Positions 1 through 11,054 of a DNA stretch of 33,219 nucleotides are shown piece after piece (positions within the stretch are counted from its first letter, which is position 1; the number at the start of each line of letters is the position of its first letter). Made by a program: the position numbers and the translations under genes. The notes below the pieces were generated by a model, which did not search any database, had not been told where the DNA came from, and worked only from the letters and a program-made list of their open reading frames with translations. The DNA is from Bigelowiella natans CCMP2755 (Eukaryota > Protista > Cercozoa): positions 1 to 33,219 of the forward strand of contig ADNK01000462.1 of the NCBI GenBank assembly GCA_000320545.1. Direction: 5' to 3'.

Positions 1-32
1 GCGGTTATCTTTTCTATAAATGACTCCGCAAG

Positions 33-419
33 GATGATGATGTTGATGTTGATGACAATAATGGCAAAGAAGATTATGGGTGGTTCTTTAAAATTCATAC
101 CGAGGAATCCCTTTGTAATGTATAGTGTGTGTGTGTGTGTGTGCGCGCGCGCGTGCACTTTGGTATCATTTGTTTGATTCAGATGAAAAGTTCAATCTTT
201 GCATGCCAGAGACTTTCCACGGTGAGTGAGCTGCTGATTCGAAGCAGAAAGATGTGCAATACACCTAACAACATAACGATGATGACACATCACATGTTCT
301 GCTGCTGCGGCGCATATATTATATTTACTGTAATGTAAACTACCACCACCACCCATCGTCGTTTATTTGTCCATTCGTTGCAGGGACCGACAACTTTGGC
401 CATCCGGTACACCACCACC

Positions 420-424
<5 letters not shown>
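33..424 (+). CDS. Possible fragmentary exons of another gene with a Sec14/CRAL-TRIO-like HGxDxxGxP motif (speculative)
   Basis: Three phase-compatible GT-AG exons (~33-114, 183-220, 384-406 or to the stop at 424) give ...FKIHTEESLY|EKFNLCMPETFHG|TDNFGHP. The rest of the domain is not found and the region may instead belong to the 3' part of gene 1. Confidence 0.2.
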
Positions 425-457
<33 letters not shown>

Positions 458-631
458 TAGGCACAATCGATATATAGCATGCATTTCATAGATATAAATG
501 GAAATAATATATGCATAATTTTTCTCCTACTAAACATAGTGATAATAGAGGATGTGTTTCCCCACATAACTACACAATCATATACATATACCCAGCAACA
601 TCATCGACAACAACATCAGCATTATACGTGC

Positions 632-682
<51 letters not shown>

Positions 683-699
683 TGGATTCGCTAAGGAAT

Positions 700-967
700 A
701 GATGATGTATCGTACACGTCGTTGATGTTGCGATTAGATCCCTTCCTGCCTTTCAGAACTATACCTATCATTACATAATGTAAAAAATGCATAATATTAT
801 CTACATATAAACACACACACACACACACATACACACATGTACAAATAATATTAACAACATTCCAATATACTTACATACGTGATGTAATCAGTACTCATTG
901 TCCCAAAAAGGGGATTACTCGCTCTATCAGCCTAGACAGCACCATTCATCCTCCTCCTCCACACACT

Positions 968-1059
<92 letters not shown>

Positions 1060-1465
1060 ACACTTCCCCACCTGACGCTACAAAGAGTCCAATTGCCGGT
1101 CGTAATTTGACGAACGAATCCCCTCTGAATCCTGATATATCTCCGATGTTCCAATGTCCAGATGACTCCATCACCCCAACCACTGCAATGTAGTAGTAGC
1201 AAAAGTAGTAATAGTAGTAGTAGTAGTAGTAGTAGTAGAAATTGCGTCCTTTTAGCTTTAAAACACTAATCTGAACAACATGCAGCAGCTTTGCTGTGTA
1301 TCAGCTTTGCTGTGTATCGTTCCTCAACTGTCGTTTATTTCTTGTCGCGAACGTGAAGCTTATTGATGCGTCTCTCCCCCCCACGTGGTTATTTGTGATG
1401 TAAATGTGGGTACATTCAGAGTTGAAAGGTGGTGGTGTGAGTGAAAATAGAGAAGAAGAGAATGA

Positions 1466-1507
<42 letters not shown>

Positions 1508-1832
1508 TATATTAATATAATAATACAGGTATCATACACTCCCATATATGATGATGAAATTTCACCCTTCTCCTCCGAAAATGGCGCCTCTCCAACCACC
1601 CACTTGTACTTATCGCCTCGATACAAATAGAGGCCATTCTTTGTCCCTTTAAACAGCATTTTTCGCCGATCCAAACGCTCCTCGCCTGTGCAGGCATGTT
1701 CGTGTGTGTTTGTGTGTGTTGTGTGTGTTGTGTGTGTGTTGTGTGTGTGTGTGTGTGTGCGTGTATTTTGTCCTTTGTGCATTATCTCGTAGCAACACAT
1801 ATCGTCTAACCGTTGCTCCTCATCTTGGAGAG

Positions 1833-1867
<35 letters not shown>

Positions 1868-2308
1868 GTTCCCTCCTCCTTTCTTGCGCGGAATGGGGAG
1901 AGGAGATATAGTTATAAACGTCGTTTATGCGAGAATTGATTCCACACCGGCCAAATATCACTAAATCTGTAAGTCCGTGCCACGACGAGGAGAAAGAGTT
2001 GAACGATAACGATGATGACGATGAGTTAGAAGGTGACGATGTTGTGAGGAATGGTCGTGAAGCGTCCAACACATCGATTGGCGACGTGCTTTGTTTCCAT
2101 TGCCTGTGGGGAAGGGGGGGGGAATGGGTGGAAGGCGAAGGAGGGGGGGAGGGGATTCACATGATAAGTAATTATTATTTACACAATATATATTGGTAAT
2201 AATAGTAAGTGAGAAAACGATGCTACCCGTCATATGCATACGACAGGATCCATTTCTGGCCCTTTGGAATCAAGAGAGGGCTACTGCTCATATTGCACGG
2301 TGCAAATC

Positions 2309-2352
<44 letters not shown>

Positions 2353-3797
2353 AAGTGATTAGAGAGGAGAAAGATAAGCACAACAACAACAAACAAGATG
2401 ATGATGATGTGTGTAGCCACGGCATAAAAGATGCATAAAAACATAAACATTCGAAAATTAAATTAGAATGATGACGACGAAACTTTGGATTATGATGATG
2501 ATTATAGCGATGACAATGATGGAGATGATCTTCACTATCATCATCGTTATCATAGATAAAGAAGATTCTTGACTATCATCATCGTCCGTCATCATCATAA
2601 GTCGTCATTCCATGCACAGTCTCTGTGTTCGAGAGTCGTATTACGCAAATGCCTCTGCATCAGAGCCGCTTTTGTAGATCATCCAACCGTAGCCTCTTCT
2701 GTTCGATGAATAAAATGCAGGATGGAGCAGGACAGGGAGGAGGAGGAGGAGGAGGAGGAGGAGGAGAAGAGCTAAGTCATTTTTCATCAAGATTTCAAAG
2801 CACAGAAAATCATGGATGTGAAATCGTCGTGTGCACATATTCTTTTGACGGATTAGACATATCGACCTGAAAGTTAGAATAAGGCCATTTCGCACCCCTA
2901 GAAAGGTCCTTGCATCCTTGGTACAACCCTTATCTTCGCATGCAGGCTCGTCAAGCACATCGTCGTCGTCTTCGTCGTCGTCGTCGTCATCGTCTTGATC
3001 ATCATTGTGAACAACACTGAGATCGGCATCCTTCTTCATGGGACTTATCCCAGCGATATAAACGTCGTTTAAAACACGAAATGTTCCCTGAGATGTATTT
3101 ATATGTCATGCTCACAGGTGTATTTATGCCGTAGTAGCTTGTGAGTGCGTGTGTGTAAAAACTACTCGCATACGTATACTACTCTACATTGAATCCTAGA
3201 ATGGCGACGGGAGGATGCCATGTTCCTTGTTCCAAAGATTTCTGTCGATTCTTTGCGATTTTATCTTGAGCGTTGGGGGATGATGTCGTATGTGTGTTAG
3301 AAAGTGTAGATGCATTATAGTCGTGCTCTGGATCGCTGTCGCCCTCGAGGTGACTGTTTGCCAAACAAGAGCGGTTCGAAGAATATCTAGTCCCTACTAG
3401 GGTATTGAAATTATATTTAGATCATCTCACATTAACGACGTCGGTCAAGCATGTGGTTGGAATGTCATAAAATAGACGACCTTCATGAACGAGCGCTGTG
3501 CCACTGGGACCTTTCGCTGAGCCTCCTCGCCACCTAAGACTTCTCAAGCAGCGAACTCTCCCACATTTATTCGCACGCGACCGACTCCTTTCAAGCTGAA
3601 AGTATTGAAATGCCCGTTATTCCAATCTCTGGAATAAACGCTGACACAGAACTCACCCGATGTGGAAGAAGTGCTTCCCCATGTCTCCTCCACCTGCCCG
3701 GCGAGTCATATCTTACGTCGCGATTATTTGCCCCCTCCCGAACCATTGAATGCAACATACTGAGGGAAAAGAGTGCCACCCATAGCACCAGAAGCAT
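700..3797 (-). CDS. Multi-exon uncharacterised protein with an N-terminal signal peptide and three copies of an unknown repeat module; 3' end unresolved (may extend toward position ~166 or beyond the window)
   Basis: ATG at 3797 gives MLLVLWVALFSL (hydrophobic) with an in-frame stop upstream. Phase-compatible GT-AG exons give LERSRSRANKCGRVRCLRSLRWRGG...WHPPVAILGFN|GTFRVLNDVY...ARTFLGVRNGLILTFR|RGYGWMIYKSGSDAEAFA|FAPCNMSSSPLLIPKGQKWILS|QWKQ...LVIFGRCGINSRINDVY...|GEERLDRRKMLFKGTKNGLYLYRGDKYKWVVGEAPF...|...GIVLKGRKGSNRNINDV. Recurrence of the motif supports the reading frames. Confidence 0.7.
970..1058. repeat. Compound intronic microsatellite (CA)n(CT)n(CA)n, representative of the many di- and trinucleotide repeats in the window
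   Basis: Directly visible; similar tracts at 17165-17270, 32437-32480 and 32855-32902, plus many (TA)n tracts (e.g. 1468-1502, 2312-2349, 6374-6402). Confidence 0.95.
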
Positions 3798-4368
3798 CGC
3801 CTTCCTGGGCGTCGCGGTCCCTGGGCGGGAAGCTCACGATCAGTGACGCAGAAGTTTCAATTCTACGACAGCGATTGAAAACCCGATGTTTGCGAAATTG
3901 CAGGTCATTTTCAGTGTATTCTACCTCCAGATGAATCCGTGCTCCAGGAAAAGCGGTTTGATTAGTTTTCCCTGCGAATTCATCTGAGATATGAACCTGT
4001 GACGAAGCAATGAGGGGAATCGGCCGTTACAATCGCAGATGTTCGGATTGGTAATTGTTGCACTTGGAAACTTAGGTGATTTCACCTTGAAAAGTACATG
4101 AGAAACACTACCACCTCCTTCCTTTGGCACATGCATTCTCTCAGTCAACGAGCACTCGGATGCTTCCACCGGTGCCAAATTGTCAACAAAAATTACTCGC
4201 GACAGCTGCCTTTTGCTATCAAACAGCTTGCGTTGAGAAAATCTGGAACGTTGAGGGTTCGAATTTATTGAGATGATCTATTTTTATCGGACGACAATTT
4301 AAATGTATTGACGCTTTTCCAAATCGGAAGATGAGCTTTTTGCTAATAATCAATAAGCAACTCCTTGC
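3798..4368. promoter_or_regulatory. Divergent (head-to-head) intergenic region, probable bidirectional promoter plus 5' UTRs
   Basis: Lies between the inferred starts of gene 1 (-) and the F-BAR gene (+) and lacks microsatellites. Inferred from position only. Confidence 0.55.
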
Positions 4369-6371
4369 ATGGACTCCATCCTCCCATCCTCTCGGGATGG
4401 CTTCATATTCCCGCGGATGCTCTGGTAATGGAGAAGGAAGATGAAATTGTTTGAATGCTTGAAAAATGATCAAAGTTATGTTTCCGAGGGGAGAAGGGTA
4501 AGGGTCCGCTGCGGGATACAGATATTTTAGCAAAACATCATACATGGCTGCAATAGGATTTCTAGCGAGCAATCCTCATGGAATGATTTTTTCTGTATTT
4601 ATCAGGGGCCATCCAAACATGTTCACAGTACTAACCAAAAGAGAAAAGACATTGTCACGACTTGCATCATTTTTCAAAGGTACTTACTATTTGGTTCCGC
4701 ATCGGCCCCTGGACTGATCTCCCTTGCGTTGTATTTCCTCTATGTTATGAAGACAAGGCTGCATTGGACAAGGACTATGCGAACAGAGTCACACGCTTAG
4801 TCAAGGTATAAAACAAAAATTAGTTTGTTTTTCGCTCTGTATCGACCCTGAATGCGGTTCATTCTTTGATATCATTAGAATTCGGGGCTTGAGACTTTTG
4901 AGACAAAGGATGGTCCAATCATAAAAGCCATGAACACCATACGGTTCGAAAAGTATAACTAAAGAGTGACGATGAAGATGATGATGTGTGATATGATAAT
5001 AATGACGGCGCAGAGATATTTTGGAACAAGATAGTTCGTTGTATTTCAGCAAACCGCTAACCCATGTTCTTCATTCTCGGCCTCTTGTCTCTATCGGTTT
5101 TTACAGTGATGCTGTGGAGAAAGTGGCAAAACATCACTCCGAGGCTGCTCTAGCCCTGATTACGGTCCCACATAGCAGCAGTAGTAATAATTGTTGTAAT
5201 CTGTTAAGCTCGAGCATACCTCTCTTCTTTTTCTGCTTCACTTTGAGTTGGATTCGGTACACTTCGTAGAAGAAAGGAGGAGCTCCTAGCTCTCGTCTGA
5301 TGTTGTATCCCATTTTAACTATGTTTGCAATTGTATGGTTTGCTTGGTTTCACAGGCTGGGAAATATCTCGAAACGGAGAGAAACGTTATCCATGCGACT
5401 CTGGCAAAACTCCATGCCGAGTGGTACTACCCCCCCCTGTTTATTTTATTGAGGAAGAAGGAAAAACGAGGGTGGGGAAGAAGAGAATGAAAGGGGGGAG
5501 GAACTAATTAGCAAAGAATGATGATGAGAAGAAAAGCGAGTCGTTGTCGCGGTCGTCGTTGGAAAGTGGGAGACAGTATTTGGTGATATTGAGTCTAATA
5601 AGGCAAAGAGCGAAGAAGGTCTGCGATAGATCCTGTAACAAGCTGACACAGGCCAAAAACTTACGTACTGAAGCCTGGAAGGTGGGTTCATTGTGGAATC
5701 TGATTATTACAACGTGGGGGGGAAGAGGGAAAGCGATATATCGATTGTACGAAGTAGATGTTTTAGTTTTATAATCTTAAATTCCGTACGTTGTTATCAC
5801 CGTTGTCCCAGTTATCATCATCATCATCATTACATCATATGTATTGAATCCAATATGATATGATGCAGCTCCTTAATCAACCAACAACGCCGTCATCACA
5901 CTTTATTATCATAATCAGACATATATGCGCACCAAGCAATCATCCACTGCCACCTCCTCATCATCCTCATCCTCCTCTAGCCCCCCATCTTCTTCCTTCT
6001 CGTCGTTTGGCTTTGGCTCCAGATCTCGAGCATCACCATTCGATAATTCTCGAGGGTGTGGGAAAAAGGCTACGAATTCTCCAGAAGCAAATGAAGCCAT
6101 TTCACGCTTCGTGGCCACAGAACGAGAAGGACTTCGTTCCAGCACCAACGCAACTCCAATAGTTACTACTACTACTACTACTACTACATCATCATCATCG
6201 TCGTCGTCATCGTCGGTGAGGATGAAGAGCTTCAGCGGATGGCTTCTAAGCACAGATATATACCGAAGAAACAGCTCAAACTCCTCGCCTAATTACTCTT
6301 ATGTGCAGGAGCAGAGGAAGAAGAAAAAGAAGATGGACCTCATAGCATCCCAGAAACAGAGATATGAGGTA

Positions 6372-6406
<35 letters not shown>

Positions 6407-6796
6407 TATGTATATGTAGGAGTAAGAGGGGGAGGAGGTGGAGGAGGAGGGTAAGAGGGAGGAATAGAAGAAGAAAAGGAAGAGAAAAACGATCATTTAA
6501 TGATGATGATGATGATGATGACGACGACGATAAACAGGATGCGGATGAGCTATACGTGGCAGCGGTAAAGCGCGCACGGGATGGGCGAATCTCCTTCGAC
6601 TCGATTTGCAGCAAGACGCTAGAGGCTCAGGAAACGGTGGAGATGCGGCGTGTGGAGACAATTTGGTATGTTCTCACGGAGTACTTGACAAATGCAAGGT
6701 CGTCAGCGTGTGCAAATAATAACATATACTATTTTTTGTAATTATAATGATGAGAAGTGAAGATGTGCGTAGTTGGCAAACACCCCGTAATTCTCC

Positions 6797-6830
<34 letters not shown>

Positions 6831-8389
6831 GATCGCTATGAACATCATTCTTATCACCAGGGTAATGGTCGAGAGACAACGTGACGTTCTGCTCGCTCTC
6901 TCCCCCCACGTTGCAAAGGTACTACTACTACGATTCCTTCTTATTTTTCCCTCAAAGAGTAACAGATAGGACAGTTTGATTCAAGAAAGAGACTTGTGAT
7001 GACAGTGTCTTGTGGTGGTGGTATGTGTGTTCGCCCCCTTATCATCATCATCATCATCATCATCATCATCGTCGTCATCAACCTCTTTGCTGCATCATCC
7101 CTACAACAACGTAGTAGTAGTAGTAGTTGTTGTTGTTGTTGTACTAGTAGTAGGATGCCTACTTCCCATCCGCCTTGTCAGTATTTTCCCCTCTCACAAC
7201 CCCCCCCCCCCCCTTCCCCATCGGCTGCCCCGAATAGATGTCCACAAGGGAAGAATTACGATTGTTTGCTGAGGAGCACACGGTCGGCTGTCTCCCAGGT
7301 AGTAGTAGTAGTAGTAGTAGTAGTAGCAAGAACATCAAAAGGAGTGGTGGAAATAGAAGAAGAAGAAGAAGAAGAAGGAGAAGAGCTCGCGCTCGTGATC
7401 GAATATCCATGATGATGATGTGATGATGACGACGACGACGACTACTATGATAATTGAGATGATTGAGGATGCAGTAATGTGAAAGAGTATGATGATTCTT
7501 CTTTTGAACCTCAGGTCCTCTTCCAACATACGTCCCTATGGTCGAAGAAGCACAGAAATTCTTGGAGAAGGATGTTGATGTGCTCAAGGAAGAATCTTAT
7601 CAGGGAGATCATACTGCTGGTAGTGGTGGTGGTGAAGAAGAAGATGATAAGCAGGACGGGGGTGAAGAGGAGGAGGAGGAGGAGGAGGAAGACGGTTTTC
7701 CATTTCTTGAGTATCAGCAGCAGTCCCTGGAGGAGCGAAAAAGCGGCTATGAGAGTAGGGTTAAAGGACCAAAATATGAGGAGAAAGAGGAGGAGGATGG
7801 AATAGAGAAGGGAAGAGAAAATAGTAACAATCATAATCATCATCATCGTAGCCATGAGCAAAAAGAGAAAGCAGAGCATAAGCGGCAGCTACAACCTCGA
7901 CGAAACAAGTACAATCGTAAAACCAAGAACCGGAGGGGGGCGGGCAGTAAGACGGATGAGCGGTTTCTCAAACGAATTGTGAAGTCTATTGTCGAATGCG
8001 ACCAACCTAACGAGAAGACGGGGGAGGGGGGGGGGGGGGGGGGACATGAGGGAGCAACAGCCAACACCAGTACTAGTAGCACTGCTAAACAAAGAAGCAG
8101 TGAGAACTATGCAGCCCCTTGGAACGACGAAGACATCATCATCATCATCATCATCATCATCATTTCTGCTCGGCACAAAGGAGGAGATTAGCAAAGTGAA
8201 GAGAATCTTTCAGACCGAGCGAGGCCGAAACTTGTGCGCCCCCCTCCCCCCCCCCACTTCTCCTTTAGACATACTTTCTTCTTCTTCTTGCTCTTCTTCT
8301 TCATCATCATCTTCTTCTTCTTTTACTTGAACTCTTTACCGCTGCTGGCTGCTGCTAATTGATGTTCTGTTTGCCAAACATCATCATTG

Positions 8390-8424
<35 letters not shown>

Positions 8425-9684
8425 GATGAGAGGCCTTCATTCTTTCCTTTTTCCTTCTTTGAATCTCCTTCCTCCTCCTTTCTGCAGATTTGCGAGAATT
8501 CTAAACTCTCGACGAGGGGCACATGATAACCTCTACTCACCTGGGTAATTTGCCTATATTTGTGTAAAAGTGTGTATGTATTTATATTTGTGTGTTTATA
8601 TATATTATAACGGTTAATTTATGTCTCTAAACAGGGCGCTGCGGAGGCTTAGCCAGTTGATTTTCATTTGCCTTGACGAGTGTAGAGGGGTGAGGACGAC
8701 GATGATAGCTGATGATGACAATGATCGATTATGATGATCATGATCATACCACACAACGCATTAAGATCTGTTGCATATTCCAGCATTTCTCTCTTATGTT
8801 TGTGTGTATGTGTGTGTGTGTGTGTGTGTCTTTAAACAACAACAAAAGAAAAGGAAGCATATTATCTTGTGTTGTTCAAATCACCGTCATCATCGTGTCA
8901 TAGGAAAAAGGAGAAGAAGAAGAAGAAGAAGAAGAAGAAGAAAAACAAGAGCACACATTTTTTGGCCTCATTTTCGTTTGTTTATTTCGGAGAGGTTTTA
9001 CGTTTCATGCTGTGGAATGTCCTGTGATGATGATCATCATCATCACTATCATCATCATCGTCGTCGTCAATAGCAGCAGCAGCAGCAGCAACAACAACAA
9101 TTTTATCCGTATCATCATCATCATCATCATCATCATCATTATCATCAATAGGCTGGCGATATGCTATCTGTGAGCGCTGCACAGGTTCTTTTGGTTCTCT
9201 CGCAGGTAGAGAGAGAGATAAGAGACAGAGAAGGAGAGAAGTGAGGGGAGAGAGTATTCACGTATGATGTAATAAACAAAAGCCAAGGAAGCGCGTTTGG
9301 ACACTCACTCGTCCCTTCCCCCGCTTTGTCATCTCTTAGTTGCTATTGTTGTGGTTTTGTTGTTATCGTCGTCGTCGTCGTCGTTGTTTTTATTGTGCTC
9401 GAGCTAATATTCTCTTCTTCTCTCTCCCCCTGATGAGATATGTGTGTGTTGGTTGCTTGCTTGCTTTTAGACCTTCTACTTCCACCAAGGCTCCTCCCCC
9501 CCCCCCCAACCAGCAGCAGCACTATCAGCAGCATCACCAAATAAACAGCATGAAGCAAAGGCAGATAAAAAGAATGATGGCCATTGTGATGATCAAGCTG
9601 ATGTTTACGACAACCAGAAGTACATGAAGAAAGAGGAAGAGAAGCAGGAGGAGGAGAAGGAGGAGCAGCATTCCTCCTCTCGGC

Positions 9685-9716
<32 letters not shown>

Positions 9717-10871
9717 CGTGTATACCTCCAAGCATTGATCAAGATACATCCAATATGGCGGGTACGAACGTAACAATGGTGTGTAGTAGAGATGCTGCTT
9801 ATATTGCTCTTGCTATTGAATCTGCTGCTGCTTTAGATATCACCATCCTCTCTCTCTCTCTCTCTCTCTCTTTCTCACTCATCCACCATGTTCCCATGAT
9901 CACTATTGTGATGATAGTGGTGGTGGTGGTGGTGATGATGGTGATGATAGGAACCACACTTACATTATACTGTTATTATTGATATTTATGGTGATAATTA
10001 TGATAGGAACCACGCTTCTGGGAGCAAGCAATACATGAGGCATATGCAAGAGAGATCGAACGCTGCCCGAAAGTCGTAGTAGCAGCAGTAGTAAATAGCA
10101 GTAGTTGTTGCTGTTGTTGTAGTAAGAGTCTGCTGCTGCTGCATGTTATAGTAATTAACGTGTACATCATGATTATGCGTATGTTAATCACACAATTTCA
10201 TCCCCCCCCCCCACGCTCTCTCAACTATCATTCGTAAATCAAATTAAAAGGCAAAGCTAACCCATCGATGGTGCACGGATGACGAGCAGGTAAATCAACT
10301 CTGCTGCTGTTGCTCTTGTTGCTCTTGTTTCTGCTCTTGTGGCGGTCATGGCGACAACAATATTTACTGAATTTCGATGACATTACATATGCGGTCTACC
10401 ATATGTGCTTTTCTTCTTCTTCGCTGTATTATCGCCCGTCACGCGTGCAACGCTTTCCTCTTCTTCTTCTTCTTTATTTCTTGACTTTCATCCACGCACG
10501 TATGCATGCATGCATACAGCTGCTACGTACATACAACAACAAACTCTTATTTTACCATTGCAGGCGGAGGCGGCCGAGCTTCAAAGCAAGATTCTATTCG
10601 GAATCTTGATGTCGTACCAGCATAACATGCGGGGATTCGGGGTATTTATTGATGTCGTTCTTGTCGTCGTTGTTGCTGTTACTGCTGCTGCTGTTACTAT
10701 AATATAGTAATAATAGCAATAACCAATGATGTCATCATCACATCATAGGTTGACGCCGAAACGACCACACGCATAATCGTGCAGCTCTGTGCCTCGTTCA
10801 ACATGAGCGGTGAGCAAACGCAGACGCTGGTCACTCTCGCGAAAAGTGCGCTCCCAGCCTCTCCAAAATAG
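4369..10871 (+). CDS. F-BAR (FCH) domain protein with C-terminal SBF2/MADD-like helical domain, about 19 exons
   Basis: Spliced N-terminus MDSILPSSRDGFIFPRMLW|GHPNMFTVLTKREKTLSRLASFFK|DKAALDKDYANRVTRLVK|NSGLETFETKDGPIIKAMNTIR|DAVEKVAKHHSEAALALIT fits the FCH pattern (F...LWG...F.VL...F..ERA.IE..YA..L..L...A..H). Later exons ADELYVAAVKRARDGRISFDSICSKTLEAQETVEMRRVE and EHTVGCLPGPLPTY fit the end of an F-BAR. The C-terminus IFQTERGRNL|FARILNSRR...LIFICLDEC...AQVLLVLSQ|TFY...YLQALIKIHPIWR|EPRFWEQAI...ILFGILMSYQHNMRGFG fits the SBF2-type motif series. Stop TAG at 10869-10871. Confidence 0.85.
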
Positions 10872-11054
10872 ACCCCAACCATCACCACCACCACCACACC
10901 AAGTAAAGCATCGGTATCTGCATCATCTTCATCCTCACAGCAGTAGCAGCAGCAGCCTCATCCGTTGTCATTATCGTCGGCAGCGGGCAACGGTTCTCCA
11001 GCAGCATCGATGGTGATAACGACATAACGACAGACAATATTTAAATAAAACTGC

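Noticed and set aside
894-931. Candidate minus-strand exon LIERVIPFLGQ* ending gene 1
   Set aside because: It requires a different frame for the 1183-1072 exon and would drop the third repeat copy at 764-712, which joins in phase without it.
3921-4572. Minus-strand ORFs of 85 and 117 aa
   Set aside because: They lie in the divergent spacer or antisense to the first F-BAR exon and show no recognisable similarity.
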